Below are positions 1 through 8,878 of a DNA stretch of 64,000 nucleotides, piece by piece (positions within the stretch are counted from its first letter, which is position 1; the number at the start of each line of letters is the position of its first letter). Origin of the DNA: Oscillospiraceae bacterium (GTDB taxonomy: Bacteria > Bacillota > Clostridia > Oscillospirales > Acutalibacteraceae); contig JAISJQ010000025.1 in assembly GCA_031261445.1 (NCBI GenBank), forward strand, positions 14,635 through 78,634. The letters are read 5' to 3'. Both the position numbers and the translations under genes were made by a program. The notes below the pieces were generated by a model. It did not search any database, was not told the DNA's origin, and was given only the letters and a program-made list of their open reading frames with translations.

Positions 1-597
1 GGTCACCGGCGGTTTGGGGGTGGTGGGTGGTGTCGGGGTTGTAGGTGCAGAGGGATCCACCGGGGTGGTGACCACGGGTGTGGTCGGCGGAGGCGGCGGC
101 GTTGTGGGAGGCGTCGTCGGCGGTGTGGTCGGTGGGGTCGTGGGTGGTGTGGTGGGCGGGAGCGTTGTCGGCGGCTCTGTGGGACGCGCCGGCGGGGCAT
201 AATCTAGGGGATCAAAGCCCGGCACAGCGTCTGTGCCCTCACGGTAGAGGCGGTTTTTGCTCTCGCCGTTGGGGTACATCTGTAGCTCACCAAAGGTTTG
301 CATCACCACGTTGCCCACGATTGTGCCAGCGGTTTTGAAGTCCGCTTTTTTGAGCGCGGCGGTCAGACCGTCCATGTTTTCTTCAATGAGCTTGGTGAGT
401 TTTTCCATGTCCAAGTCAAACAAAGATTCATAGTAGATGTTCTTGTCCGCGTCCGTGAGCTTTTTCTGCCCACCCGTCAGGCGCACGATGGGGTACGGCG
501 TGGGCAACTGCGCCGCGCTGGCGGCCAGCGGGATGCCCATGAGTAGCGTCAGTGCCGCCAGCAGCAGGCACAGGGCGCGGGTGAATTTTGTCTTCAT
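1..597 (-). CDS. secreted protein, N-terminal part (signal peptide, ~100-aa domain, Pro/Thr-rich linker); continues past window start
   Basis: Hand translation of the reverse strand from ATG (rc of 595-597) behind GGAGG (rc of 603-607): MKTKFTRALCLLLAALTLLMGIPLAASAAQLPTPYPIV..., later PPTT repeats. No stop before position 1, so it is absent from the ORF track. Confidence 0.6.
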   Translation of the reverse strand, partial: MKTKFTRALCLLLAALTLLMGIPLAASAAQLPTPYPIVRLTGGQKKLTDADKNIYYESLFDLDMEKLTKLIEENMDGLTAALKKADFKTAGTIVGNVVMQTFGELQMYPNGESKNRLYREGTDAVPGFDPLDYAPPARPTEPPTTLPPTTPPTTPPTTPPTTPPTTPPPPPTTPVVTTPVDPSAPTTPTPPTTPKPPVT

Positions 598-646
598 TTT
601 TTCCTCCTTGGGGTGTTGATTCTTGCGAAAGCTTGTACTGCTCCTA

Positions 647-688
647 AGCATAGCATACTTTTCGACAAATTTGTTGCTCATTTAGAAA
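647..688 (-). promoter_or_regulatory. 42-nt shared promoter-proximal motif, copy upstream of the secreted PT-linker protein gene
   Basis: Minus strand reads TTTCTAAATGAGCAACAAATTTGTCGAAAAGTATGCTATGCT. 27/42 identical to copy 38446-38487. Confidence 0.45.
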
Positions 689-778
689 TATGAACATTTT
701 GTAACCGAATTGTTTCACATTTCGAAATCGAATGCTTGTACGCCTATCATTATTCACCTTTTGGCGCGGCGGCGCAAG

Positions 779-842
779 TGAGGAGTGAGGGTTGAGGACG
801 GAGGCGTGAGGTTTGTAGGGGCTTTTCTGTGCTCGCCCCTAC
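779..842. repeat. TGAGGNN heptad array (x5) plus palindrome GTAGGGGC-N12-GCCCCTAC
   Basis: Read directly. The 7-nt phase runs tgaggag/tgagggt/tgaggac/ggaggcg/tgaggtt into GTAGGGG. Confidence 0.85.
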
Positions 843-866
843 ACAAATGCATCAACATCATGTGAA

Positions 867-1688
867 CTAAACCACTTGACTCACCGCAATAAACGACGGA
901 TCATACATGACCCGCGCGTTGGCTTGGTCGATGATGGCCGCATCCAGCAGGTTGCCCGTGCGCTTGTCGTTGACGCGGCGCACAACACGGTTGCGGCGAT
1001 AATATTGTCCGTCCACACAAACAAAGTGTGCGTCTTCCTCCACAATGTGCACAGAAAGATCAAGGACCGTTTGGGCGCGCAGTTCCCCACAAAGATGCGT
1101 GTCATTGGTGGAGACGAGCAGCTGAAACGTCTGTTCGCTGTTGTTTTGGACGCGATAATCCAGATAATTATACAAAATCGATGTCCCGCAGCCAAAGGGC
1201 ACTTGTCGCCCAAAATCGGGGAATAGATCCAGGTCGTTGTGGTGATGGCGTTCGATGATGTCCAACGGGCTGTGCAGCACCATCCAGTGAATCAAGTTGC
1301 TCAACTGGCACATGCCGCCGCCCACATCATGGCTTGGAGCGTGCTGCTTGATGGTCAAGCCCTCTTTGTATCCACGTTTTGCGCTGGTATTGCCCACGAG
1401 TCGCCAGAGCGAAAACGTTTCGCCGGGTTGGATGAGAATACCGTTCACAAGGGGCGCGGCGAGCGCGAGATTGTGCGCTTTGTTTTCTTGTAATTGCATA
1501 TCTACGTTGCCCAACTTGCGGCGAATGAGTGATTTGTGCGCATAGATCAGGGTCGGCAAGGGCGCATCTGTTTCGTGCGCAAATTTTGTTCTCGCCCAAA
1601 AATCCTGTGCGTGGCGCACGAGACGTTCTTTTTGTGTGCTCAAATAATAAGTAGCGGGTGAAATTTCGCAAAACAGTTTTCTGGGCAT
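867..1688 (-). CDS. VanW family protein
   Basis: ORF 867..1733. GYKEGL and HDVGGGMCQLSN motifs are typical of the VanW/YoaR domain. Start set to ATG 1688 (MPRKLF) behind AAGGGA. Confidence 0.75.
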   Translation of the reverse strand: MPRKLFCEISPATYYLSTQKERLVRHAQDFWARTKFAHETDAPLPTLIYAHKSLIRRKLGNVDMQLQENKAHNLALAAPLVNGILIQPGETFSLWRLVGNTSAKRGYKEGLTIKQHAPSHDVGGGMCQLSNLIHWMVLHSPLDIIERHHHNDLDLFPDFGRQVPFGCGTSILYNYLDYRVQNNSEQTFQLLVSTNDTHLCGELRAQTVLDLSVHIVEEDAHFVCVDGQYYRRNRVVRRVNDKRTGNLLDAAIIDQANARVMYDPSFIAVSQVV

Positions 1689-1758
1689 GTGTGTTCCCTT
1701 GTTGGCTATATCTTCGCGCAGAGTATAGCACACACCCTAGGAAAATGCAAGCGCGTTG

Positions 1759-1979
1759 CAATGAACAATGAACAAAGAACAATGAACAATTGTTTGCCTG
1801 CTGCTTCAGCCAGTATTAAGATAACAACCTGTTTTGAGGCGTGAGGGATGAGGATACAGGCGTGAGGTCTGTATCCCCGCAACGGGCGGATGATATCCGC
1901 CCCTACCAGCCTCATTTCTGTATCCTCATCCCTCCACAACAATTGTTCATTGTTCATTGTCAATTGTTCATTGTCAATG
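1759..1979. repeat. about 220-bp nested inverted repeat: AATGAAC array / GAGG array / REP-like hairpin / CCTC array / GTTCATT array
   Basis: Arrays at 1760-1794, 1836-1870, 1884-1906, 1907-1935 and 1937-1979. The arms are reverse complements family by family. Confidence 0.9.
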
Positions 1980-1984
1980 CCCGC

Positions 1985-2013
1985 TTGACAAATCTGCCAC
2001 AATGTGCTATACT
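1985..2013 (+). promoter_or_regulatory. sigma-70-type promoter of rimP operon
   Basis: TTGACA (1985-1990), 17-nt spacer, TATACT (2008-2013) with TGn extension. Confidence 0.7.
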
Positions 2014-2089
2014 GTGCGCATCAAGTGTGTAGATTGAGGGAAAGAGTGGGTGTTAGCCCGCTCTTTCTTTTCAAAAAGGAGCTGCGCCC

Positions 2090-2560
2090 ATGCCCAAACC
2101 ACCCGGCAGCATTGCCGATGCCGTACAAACGCTGGCCACGCCCGTGACCGAACAGCTCGGTCTGTCCCTCTGGGATGTGCGCTTCTTTAAGGAGGGCGCG
2201 GACTGGATACTGCTGCTGGTGATCGACAAGGCCGACGCGCCTGTGGACATCAACGACTGCGAGCTCGTCAGCCACGCAATCGATCCCCTGCTCGACGAGA
2301 AGGACTGGATTGACCAGAGCTATCGCCTACAGGTCTCCTCCCCCGGCTTGGAACGCACACTGCGCACCCCCGCGCACTTCGCCGCGTATCTCGACCAGCC
2401 CGTGTTCTTCAAGCTCATTCGCCCCTACGAGGGTACGCGGGAATTCCACGGCACGCTGGCGGACTACGACAACGGCAGCTTCACGGTCGAGCTCCCAGAC
2501 GGTCAGGGCATGACCTGCACACTCAAGGAAGTCTCATTCGTCAAAGCAGATGATTTCTAG
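2090..2560 (+). CDS. rimP: ribosome maturation factor RimP
   Basis: 156 aa with SSPGLERTLR motif. AAGGAG RBS. Lies directly upstream of nusA. Confidence 0.9.
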   Translation: MPKPPGSIADAVQTLATPVTEQLGLSLWDVRFFKEGADWILLLVIDKADAPVDINDCELVSHAIDPLLDEKDWIDQSYRLQVSSPGLERTLRTPAHFAAYLDQPVFFKLIRPYEGTREFHGTLADYDNGSFTVELPDGQGMTCTLKEVSFVKADDF

Positions 2561-2675
2561 CTTTCTAGATGCTAGATTGTAGAGACTAGATTCTGTGTCA
2601 CAGCTGTTTTTCAGTAAGACAAGAAGGTCTAGTCCCTGAAATCTAACATCTAGAATCTAACATCTAACATCTAAA
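2555..2675. repeat. inverted pair of CTAGATN heptad arrays between rimP and nusA
   Basis: TAG recurs every 7 nt over 2558-2593. Reverse-complement array (ATCTAAC) at 2640-2675. Central CTGTG-T-CACAG. Confidence 0.85.
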
Positions 2676-2698
2676 TTTCGGAAGGATGATCGAAAAAT

Positions 2699-3787
2699 AT
2701 GGACACCCAAGAACTCTTTGCCGCACTGCAAATGCTCTCAAAGGAGCGCAGCATCCCCATCGATGCCCTCTACGCCGCGCTGGAGAAGGCCATCATCACC
2801 GCTGTGAAAAAGGACTACAAAGAGCGCGAGGAGCGCGAAGACTTTGTGTTCTGCCACATCAACGGTGAGGACGAGACCATGCGCGTCTACCTGCGCAAAA
2901 ACGTCGTGAGCGAAATTCTGGACGACGCGACGGACATTCTGCCCGAACAAGCGCAGAAATACAAAGAAAACGCCAAGCTGGGCGACATCATTGAGATTGA
3001 CGTGGAGCCGCGCGGACTCTCCCGCGTGGTGGCCGACAAGGTCAAACACGTGTTGCGCTCCGGGTTGCGTGAAGCGGAAAACGGCATCATTCTGGATAAA
3101 TTCGCCCAGATTCTGGGGCAAATCCTCACCGTGCGCGTGGCACGCATTGACCACACAACGGGCGATGCCTTTGTGGAGCTGGGCAAGACGGAGGAAATCC
3201 TCCCCCGCTCCGCCCAACTGCCGGAAGAGAACTTCCGCGAGGGCGACCTCATCAAAATCTACGTGGCGGACGTAAAGAGCCAAGAGCGCGGCAAGCCCCG
3301 CCCGGTGCTCAGCCGCAAAGATCCCGGCCTTGTGCGCCGCCTGTTCGAGCTAGAAGTGCCCGAAATCGGCGACGGCACGGTGATCCTCAAGGACGTGAGC
3401 CGCGAGGCGGGCGTGCGCACGAAAGTGAGCGTCTACAGCGACGACGAGGTCGTCGATCCCGTGGGCGCGTGCATCGGCTCGCGCAGCCAGCGCATTGGCC
3501 GCATCACCGATACGCTCGCGGGCGAGCGCATCGACATCATCCGCTACAGCGAAGATCTGGCGGAATACATCAGCGCGGCGCTCAGCCCCGCCGAAGTCAT
3601 CCGCGTGGAGGTCGATGAGGCCGCCCACGCCACCCGTGTCATCGTGCCGGATAACCAGCTGTCTCTGGCCATTGGCAACAAGGGGCAGAACGTTCGCCTA
3701 GCGGCCAAGCTCACGGGTTGGAAGATCGATCTGGCCAGCGAAACGGACGAAAAAGGCCCGATCATCGACCTGTCGAAAGAACTTTAA
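2699..3787 (+). CDS. nusA: transcription termination/antitermination factor NusA
   Basis: 362 aa with S1 and two KH regions ([34 protein letters not shown]). Confidence 0.95.
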   Translation: MDTQELFAALQMLSKERSIPIDALYAALEKAIITAVKKDYKEREEREDFVFCHINGEDETMRVYLRKNVVSEILDDATDILPEQAQKYKENAKLGDIIEIDVEPRGLSRVVADKVKHVLRSGLREAENGIILDKFAQILGQILTVRVARIDHTTGDAFVELGKTEEILPRSAQLPEENFREGDLIKIYVADVKSQERGKPRPVLSRKDPGLVRRLFELEVPEIGDGTVILKDVSREAGVRTKVSVYSDDEVVDPVGACIGSRSQRIGRITDTLAGERIDIIRYSEDLAEYISAALSPAEVIRVEVDEAAHATRVIVPDNQLSLAIGNKGQNVRLAAKLTGWKIDLASETDEKGPIIDLSKEL

Positions 3788-3790
3788 TTC

Positions 3791-3814
3791 AGTGAATAAG
3801 TAATAGTGAATAGG
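3791..3814. repeat. AGTGAAT/AAGTAAT heptad array
   Basis: agtgaat/aagtaat/agtgaat/agg, immediately after the nusA stop. Confidence 0.85.
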
Positions 3815-3864
3815 TGTCAGGTCTATAACAGTTACCTTTGCTGATTAAGGAAGGAGTGTGTCCC

Positions 3865-4212
3865 ATGGCGGAGAAGAAGGTTGTCGGGGTGCGCAAAGTG
3901 CCTACGCGGCAGTGCATTGGTTGCCGGGCGCACAAAGAGAAGCGTGCGCTCATCCGCGTGGTGCGCCCCCCGGACGATGCCCCCATCACCTTGGATGCCA
4001 CGGGCAAAAAGAACGGGCGCGGCGCGTACCTCTGCCCAGACGCCGAGTGCCTGAAGAAAGCACGCAAAAAAAACGCGCTCTCCCACGCCTTCAAACAGCG
4101 CGTGCCCGAAGAAGTATACAACCAACTGGAAGAAGAGCTCAGGCATCTAGCGGCGGCCGCTTCCGAAAAAACAGAGACCCGAGAGGAGCTACCGTATGCA
4201 GACAAAATATAA
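3865..4212 (+). CDS. ylxR: YlxR/RnpM family (DUF448) RNA-binding protein
   Basis: ATG 3865 behind AAGGAAGGAG. RKVPTRQCIGCR...GRGAYLC signature. Sits between nusA and infB. Confidence 0.85.
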   Translation: MAEKKVVGVRKVPTRQCIGCRAHKEKRALIRVVRPPDDAPITLDATGKKNGRGAYLCPDAECLKKARKKNALSHAFKQRVPEEVYNQLEEELRHLAAAASEKTETREELPYADKI

Positions 4213-6739
4213 GCTCAGCGACTTAGCCAAGGATTTTGGTGTGAAGAGCAAAGTGATTATGGACTTGCTGGAGAAAGTGTTTGGCGGCAAGCGCAAGGGC
4301 ACGAGCAGCTCACTGGATTCCGACGAGCTGGATGTGGTCATTGAACACCTGACGGTGGAACGCTCAATGCCTGATTTTTCGGCGTATTTTGCGACGAGAA
4401 AGCCGCCCGAGACGCCTGCCGCGCCGGAAGCCGCGCCAGCGGTCAAGCCCACCGCGCCGCCTGCCCCCGTGGCATCGGCGAAGCCCGTGGCCACGCCGCC
4501 GCCTGTCGCGCCCGAAAAACCCGCCGCGCCGGCTAAGCCCGTGGCAACGCCGGCCGCGCCGAGCAAACCCGTGGTGGCCGCTACGCCGCCACCCGTGAAG
4601 CCGACCAAACCCACTGCGCCCCCGCGTCCCGCGCCACCGCCCAAGCCGCGGCCCACAGGTCCACTGCTGGATGCCAAGGGCAACCGCGTTACCATGCCCG
4701 TGCGCAAGGAGAAGCCCGCTGGCTCTGCGCCCCAAAAGCGCACCACGGGCGAGACGCGCACCATCGACACGCGCACGGCGGACGTGACGCTGGAAAAATA
4801 CACCGAACGCTACGATTCGCTGGCCAGCAGCCACGACATGCGCCGCAGCGATACGAGCACCTCCAAGCAGAAGCTCACCAAGCGCAACACGCAAAGCCGC
4901 CGCCCGCAGGGGATGCGCTCGCGCCGCCCGAAAGAGACTGAGCGCGACCGCCTGATGCGTCTGGAGCGCGAGCGCGCCCGCGCCCCCAAACTCCACATCA
5001 AAGTGGGCGAGGAAATCACCGTCACGGAGCTGGCCGAGCGCATGAAGCGCAAGGCCGCCGAGGTCATCAAAAAGCTGTTTGTGGAGATGGGGCAAGTCGT
5101 CACCGCCAACGATACCATTGATTTCGACACCGCCGAGCTCGTTGGCGACGCCATGGGCGTTGTGGTGGAGCGCGAAATTGTGGTGACCATTGAAGAGAAA
5201 ATCATCGACGACTCCACCGACGACGAGGGCAACCTCATCGGGCGTGCGCCCGTGGTCGTCGTCATGGGGCACGTGGACCACGGCAAAACGTCCATTCTCG
5301 ATGCCATCCGCAACACTTCCGTCACCGAGACCGAAAGCGGCGGCATCACCCAGCACATTGGCGCGTATCGCGTGGAGCTGGACGGCCAGCCCATCACGTT
5401 CCTAGATACCCCTGGACACGCCGCGTTTACCTCCATGCGTGCCCGTGGCGCCATGGCGACCGACATCGCCGTACTGGTGGTGGCGGCGGACGACGGCATC
5501 ATGCCGCAGACCATTGAGGCCATCAACCACGCCAAGGCGGCGGGTGTGAAGATCATCGTGGCCATCAACAAGATGGATCGCGAGGGCGCGAACCCCGACC
5601 GCATCAAGCAACAACTCACCGAATACGAGCTGGTCAGCGAGGACTGGGGCGGCGACACCATTTGCGTGCCCGTCTCCGCCGTCACGCGGCAGGGCATCAA
5701 CGACCTGCTACAGGCCATCCTGCTGGTGGCAGAAGTGCTGGAGCTCAAGGCCAATCCCAACCGCGCCGCCAAGGGCATTGTGATTGAGGCGCGTATGGAC
5801 AAAGCGCGTGGCGCGATTGCCACGCTCCTCGTGCAAAACGGCACGCTCCACAGCGGCGACTACGTGGTCGCGGGCGCAACGAGCGGTCGCGTGCGCGTGA
5901 TGACAGACGACAAGGGCAACAAGATCAACACGGCGGGGCCCTCCGTCCCGGTGGAAATCATGGGACTGGACGAAGCGCCGACCGCGGGCGACAGCGTGGA
6001 CTCCGTGAGCGATGAGCGCCTAGCGCGAGCGCTGGTGGAGCAACGCCGTGGGCAGATTAAAGAGATTGAGCAGGGCACGCACGAGAAAGTCAGCCTAGAG
6101 AACCTGTTTGAGAACCTACAGGCCGGGCAAATGAAGACGCTCGGGCTCATCGTCAAAGCGGATGTGCAGGGCTCTGTGGAGGCACTCAAGCAGAATTTGG
6201 AGAAGCTGAGCAACGAGGAAGTGCACGTGAAGATTCTCCACGCTGGCGTGGGGGCAATCAACGACAACGACGTGATGCTGGCCAACACCTCCAACGCGAT
6301 CGTCATCGGTTTCCGCGTGCGCCCAGATGCCTCCGCCCAAGCCAACGCAGAGCGGCAGGGCGTGCAACTGCGCATGTATTCGGTCATCTACCAGTGCATG
6401 GAGGAAGTGGAGGCCGCCCTGAAGGGGATGCTCGCGCCGAAATTCCGCGAGGTGCAGCTCGGACGCATTGAGGTGCGGCAGGTGGTGCACATCTCGGCCA
6501 TCGGCAACGTGGCGGGCTGTCACGTGCTCACGGGCAAGGTGACGCGCGGCGCGAAGATTCGCCTCGTGCGCGACGGCATTGTCATCGTGGAAGACGACAT
6601 TTCCAGCCTCAAGCGCTTTAAGGACGACGTGAAAGAAGTCGCGTCGGGCTACGACTGCGGCATCGCGCTGGAAAAATACAACGACATCAAAGACGGCGAC
6701 ATCTTTGAGGCGTTCATCATCGAAGAATACAGGGACTAA
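4196..6739 (+). CDS. infB: translation initiation factor IF-2
   Basis: 847 aa with [13 protein letters not shown] and NKMD GTPase motifs. Pro/Ala-rich N-terminal region. Confidence 0.97.
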   Translation: MQTKYKLSDLAKDFGVKSKVIMDLLEKVFGGKRKGTSSSLDSDELDVVIEHLTVERSMPDFSAYFATRKPPETPAAPEAAPAVKPTAPPAPVASAKPVATPPPVAPEKPAAPAKPVATPAAPSKPVVAATPPPVKPTKPTAPPRPAPPPKPRPTGPLLDAKGNRVTMPVRKEKPAGSAPQKRTTGETRTIDTRTADVTLEKYTERYDSLASSHDMRRSDTSTSKQKLTKRNTQSRRPQGMRSRRPKETERDRLMRLERERARAPKLHIKVGEEITVTELAERMKRKAAEVIKKLFVEMGQVVTANDTIDFDTAELVGDAMGVVVEREIVVTIEEKIIDDSTDDEGNLIGRAPVVVVMGHVDHGKTSILDAIRNTSVTETESGGITQHIGAYRVELDGQPITFLDTPGHAAFTSMRARGAMATDIAVLVVAADDGIMPQTIEAINHAKAAGVKIIVAINKMDREGANPDRIKQQLTEYELVSEDWGGDTICVPVSAVTRQGINDLLQAILLVAEVLELKANPNRAAKGIVIEARMDKARGAIATLLVQNGTLHSGDYVVAGATSGRVRVMTDDKGNKINTAGPSVPVEIMGLDEAPTAGDSVDSVSDERLARALVEQRRGQIKEIEQGTHEKVSLENLFENLQAGQMKTLGLIVKADVQGSVEALKQNLEKLSNEEVHVKILHAGVGAINDNDVMLANTSNAIVIGFRVRPDASAQANAERQGVQLRMYSVIYQCMEEVEAALKGMLAPKFREVQLGRIEVRQVVHISAIGNVAGCHVLTGKVTRGAKIRLVRDGIVIVEDDISSLKRFKDDVKEVASGYDCGIALEKYNDIKDGDIFEAFIIEEYRD

Positions 6740-6744
6740 CGTTC

Positions 6745-6801
6745 CAATGAACAATTGACAATTGACAATGAACAATTGGTGGGGCGGCAGATTGCCGCCC
6801 C
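6745..6801. repeat. AATGAAC heptad array plus REP-like hairpin GGGGCGGCA-gat-TGCCGCCCC
   Basis: Read directly. Lies after the infB stop. Confidence 0.85.
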
Positions 6802-6817
6802 TTACAGAGGGGTTTCT

Positions 6818-7426
6818 ATGGACAACGTGGCACGCAAGCGAGCGGGCTTGCCCTATTGCTATGACGACCCGGCGTTGATGGGCGACCAGCATGTCTATCA
6901 AGACGTGATGGCACGCTACAACCGCACGTTGCCCACGCAAACCGCCGAACGCCAGCAAATCGCGCGGGAGATGTTCGCAGAGATTGGCGAGGGTTGCACG
7001 GTGGAAACACCCGTCCACGCCAATTGGGGCGGCAAACACGTGCATTTGGGGCGCGGGGTCTATATCAATTCCAACGTGACCTTCGTGGATGACGAGCATA
7101 TCCACATTGGCGACAACTGCCTCATCGCGCCGAACGTGGTGTTCTCCACCTCCGGTCACCCCATTTTGCCCATCCTCCGAGAACATCATTACGTCTATAA
7201 CCTGCCCATTCATGTGGGCGCGAACGTGTGGATTGGCTCGGGCGCACAGATCATGCCCGGTGTCACCATTGGCGAAAACAGCGTGATTGGCGCGGGCAGT
7301 GTGGTCACGCAGGATATCCCCGCGAACGTGGTCGCCTTCGGTGTCCCCTGCCGCGTCCAACGAGAAATCGGCGAACAAGACCGCCAGTTCTACTACAAAA
7401 AACGAAAATTAGACGTTTGGGAATAA
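6818..7426 (+). CDS. maa: sugar (maltose/galactoside-type) O-acetyltransferase, hexapeptide-repeat family
   Basis: LbH repeats (NVWIGSGAQIMPGVTIGENSVIGAGSVV). ATG 6818 (MDNVARK) behind GAGGGG. The ORF-track start at 6755 lies inside a repeat module. Confidence 0.8.
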   Translation: MDNVARKRAGLPYCYDDPALMGDQHVYQDVMARYNRTLPTQTAERQQIAREMFAEIGEGCTVETPVHANWGGKHVHLGRGVYINSNVTFVDDEHIHIGDNCLIAPNVVFSTSGHPILPILREHHYVYNLPIHVGANVWIGSGAQIMPGVTIGENSVIGAGSVVTQDIPANVVAFGVPCRVQREIGEQDRQFYYKKRKLDVWE

Positions 7427-7430
7427 AAAA

Positions 7431-7460
7431 CTATTCACTATTCACTATTCGTTATTCACT
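7431..7460. repeat. CTATTCA heptad array (reverse complement of the AGTGAAT family)
   Basis: ctattca/ctattca/ctattcg/ttattca. Confidence 0.85.
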
Positions 7461-7474
7461 TGAGGAGGTCAGCT

Positions 7475-7828
7475 ATGACGACCCACGCCAGCCACATGAG
7501 CGAGGACATTCGGCGCGAGCTCATCGCGCTCATTCGCGAACTGAAAGACCCGCGCGTGGCCGGGCAACTGCTCACCGTGGTGCGCGTGGAACTGACGCGC
7601 GATATGTCCGTGGCGCGAGCCTATGTGTCCGCGATGGCGGGGATGGACGCGACGCGCGAGAGCGTGCAGGCACTGGACAAAGCCAGCGGTCACCTGCGCC
7701 ACGAGCTGGGGCAACGCCTGCGCCTGCGCAAGGCGCCGGAACTGCGCTTCATTGCCGACGACTCGACCGAATACGCCGTACACATCAACGAAACGCTCGA
7801 ACAACTGCGGAACAATGAACAATTGTAG
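7475..7828 (+). CDS. rbfA: ribosome-binding factor A
   Basis: ATG 7475 behind GAGGAGG. Typical RbfA core (IRRELIALIRELKDPRV..LTVVRVELTRDMSVARAY). The last 5 codons and the stop lie in an AATGAAC heptad array. Confidence 0.9.
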   Translation: MTTHASHMSEDIRRELIALIRELKDPRVAGQLLTVVRVELTRDMSVARAYVSAMAGMDATRESVQALDKASGHLRHELGQRLRLRKAPELRFIADDSTEYAVHINETLEQLRNNEQL

Positions 7829-7845
7829 TCCGAAAGGATTGCCCC

Positions 7846-8823
7846 ATGGCGACTCTCCCGCTGAATTTGGTGCAGACCGCCGCGTTTTTGCGCGACGCTG
7901 AGGACATCCTGATCCTCACCCATGGCCACCCCGACGGGGACACGCTGGGGGCGGGCTTTGCGCTGTTGCGTGCGTTGCGGGGCATGGCCAAGCGCGTGCG
8001 GCTGTTCTGCCCGGACGAGATCCCCCCGAAGTTCAGCTTCATGGCCGACGGCATCAAGTACGCGCACTACGCGCCGCAGACCATCATCGCGGTGGATCTG
8101 GCGGACAAGTCCCTGCTGGGCGACAGCCGGGACGACTTCCCGGTGATTCACCTGTGCATCGATCACCACAGCGCCAACCGCCCCTACGCCGAAAATGCGT
8201 GGGTCGATCCCGCCGCCGCCGCCTGTTGCGAGATGATCTACCAACTCCTGCGGGAACTCAACGCGCCCATCACCCCCGCCGTGGCGGACTGCCTGTACAC
8301 GGGCGTCTCCACGGACACGGGCTGTTTTCGCTACTCCAACGTGACCAGCGGCACGCTGCGCATCGCCGCCAAGCTACTCGATTACGGCGCACGCGCGGCG
8401 AAGCTCAATCAGCAATATTTTGAGACCAAGCGCAAGGCATATTTCGTGCTGGAGCGCATGGCATTGGAGACGTTGGAAGTGCTGGAGCGGGGCAAATACG
8501 CGGTGACCGCGCTGACGCGGGCGATGTATGACGAGTCGGGCGCAGGGGAAGACGAGGCCGAGAGCATCGCGGCGATTCCACGGCAGGTGGAGGGCGTGCT
8601 CATCGGCGCGACACTCAAGGAGCGCAAGCAGGGCGGATTCAAAGCGTCCCTGCGTTCGGTCGCGCCCGCGGACGTGAGCCGCGTGGCCGCGCAGCTGGGC
8701 GGCGGCGGACACCTCCGCGCAGCCGGCTGCACGCTGGAAACACCAGATTTGTCCGAAGCCAGAGCGCAACTACTCGCCGCCGTGCGCGAAGAGCTGGCGC
8801 GGGTGAAAGAGGAAAAGGCATAA
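7846..8823 (+). CDS. nrnA: DHH-family phosphoesterase (NrnA-like oligoribonuclease/pAp phosphatase)
   Basis: HGHPDGD, CIDHH and GGGGH motifs (DHH plus DHHA1). Position after rbfA. Confidence 0.8.
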   Translation: MATLPLNLVQTAAFLRDAEDILILTHGHPDGDTLGAGFALLRALRGMAKRVRLFCPDEIPPKFSFMADGIKYAHYAPQTIIAVDLADKSLLGDSRDDFPVIHLCIDHHSANRPYAENAWVDPAAAACCEMIYQLLRELNAPITPAVADCLYTGVSTDTGCFRYSNVTSGTLRIAAKLLDYGARAAKLNQQYFETKRKAYFVLERMALETLEVLERGKYAVTALTRAMYDESGAGEDEAESIAAIPRQVEGVLIGATLKERKQGGFKASLRSVAPADVSRVAAQLGGGGHLRAAGCTLETPDLSEARAQLLAAVREELARVKEEKA

Positions 8824-8832
8824 AGGTATTGT

Positions 8833-8859
8833 GGCCGCGCTTTGCGCGGCCTGAATTTT
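8833..8859 (+). terminator. intrinsic terminator after nrnA
   Basis: GGCCGCGC-TTT-GCGCGGCC hairpin followed by TGAATTTT. Confidence 0.6.
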
Positions 8860-8878
8860 GGAAAGATGAGGGGTTCTT

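Noticed and set aside
14-546. Plus-strand ORFs 14..202, 78..338 and 298..546 (Gly/Val/Trp-rich translations).
   Set aside because: They are shadows of the minus-strand secreted-protein gene (1-597), which has a clear RBS, ATG and signal peptide. The plus-strand products are low-complexity and lack RBSs.
2555-2675. Possible CRISPR array, suggested by the short repeated TAGA/ATCTA words (also at 36126-36162 and 50008-50068).
   Set aside because: The period is 7 nt with no unique spacers, the arrays are under 50 nt, and no cas genes are present. They are tandem heptads, not repeat-spacer units.
4389-4700. Pro/Ala/Lys-rich repetitive stretch, together with its alternative-frame ORFs (4389..4598, 4189..4803).
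   Set aside because: It is the low-complexity N-terminal linker of IF-2, not a separate gene or mobile repeat.
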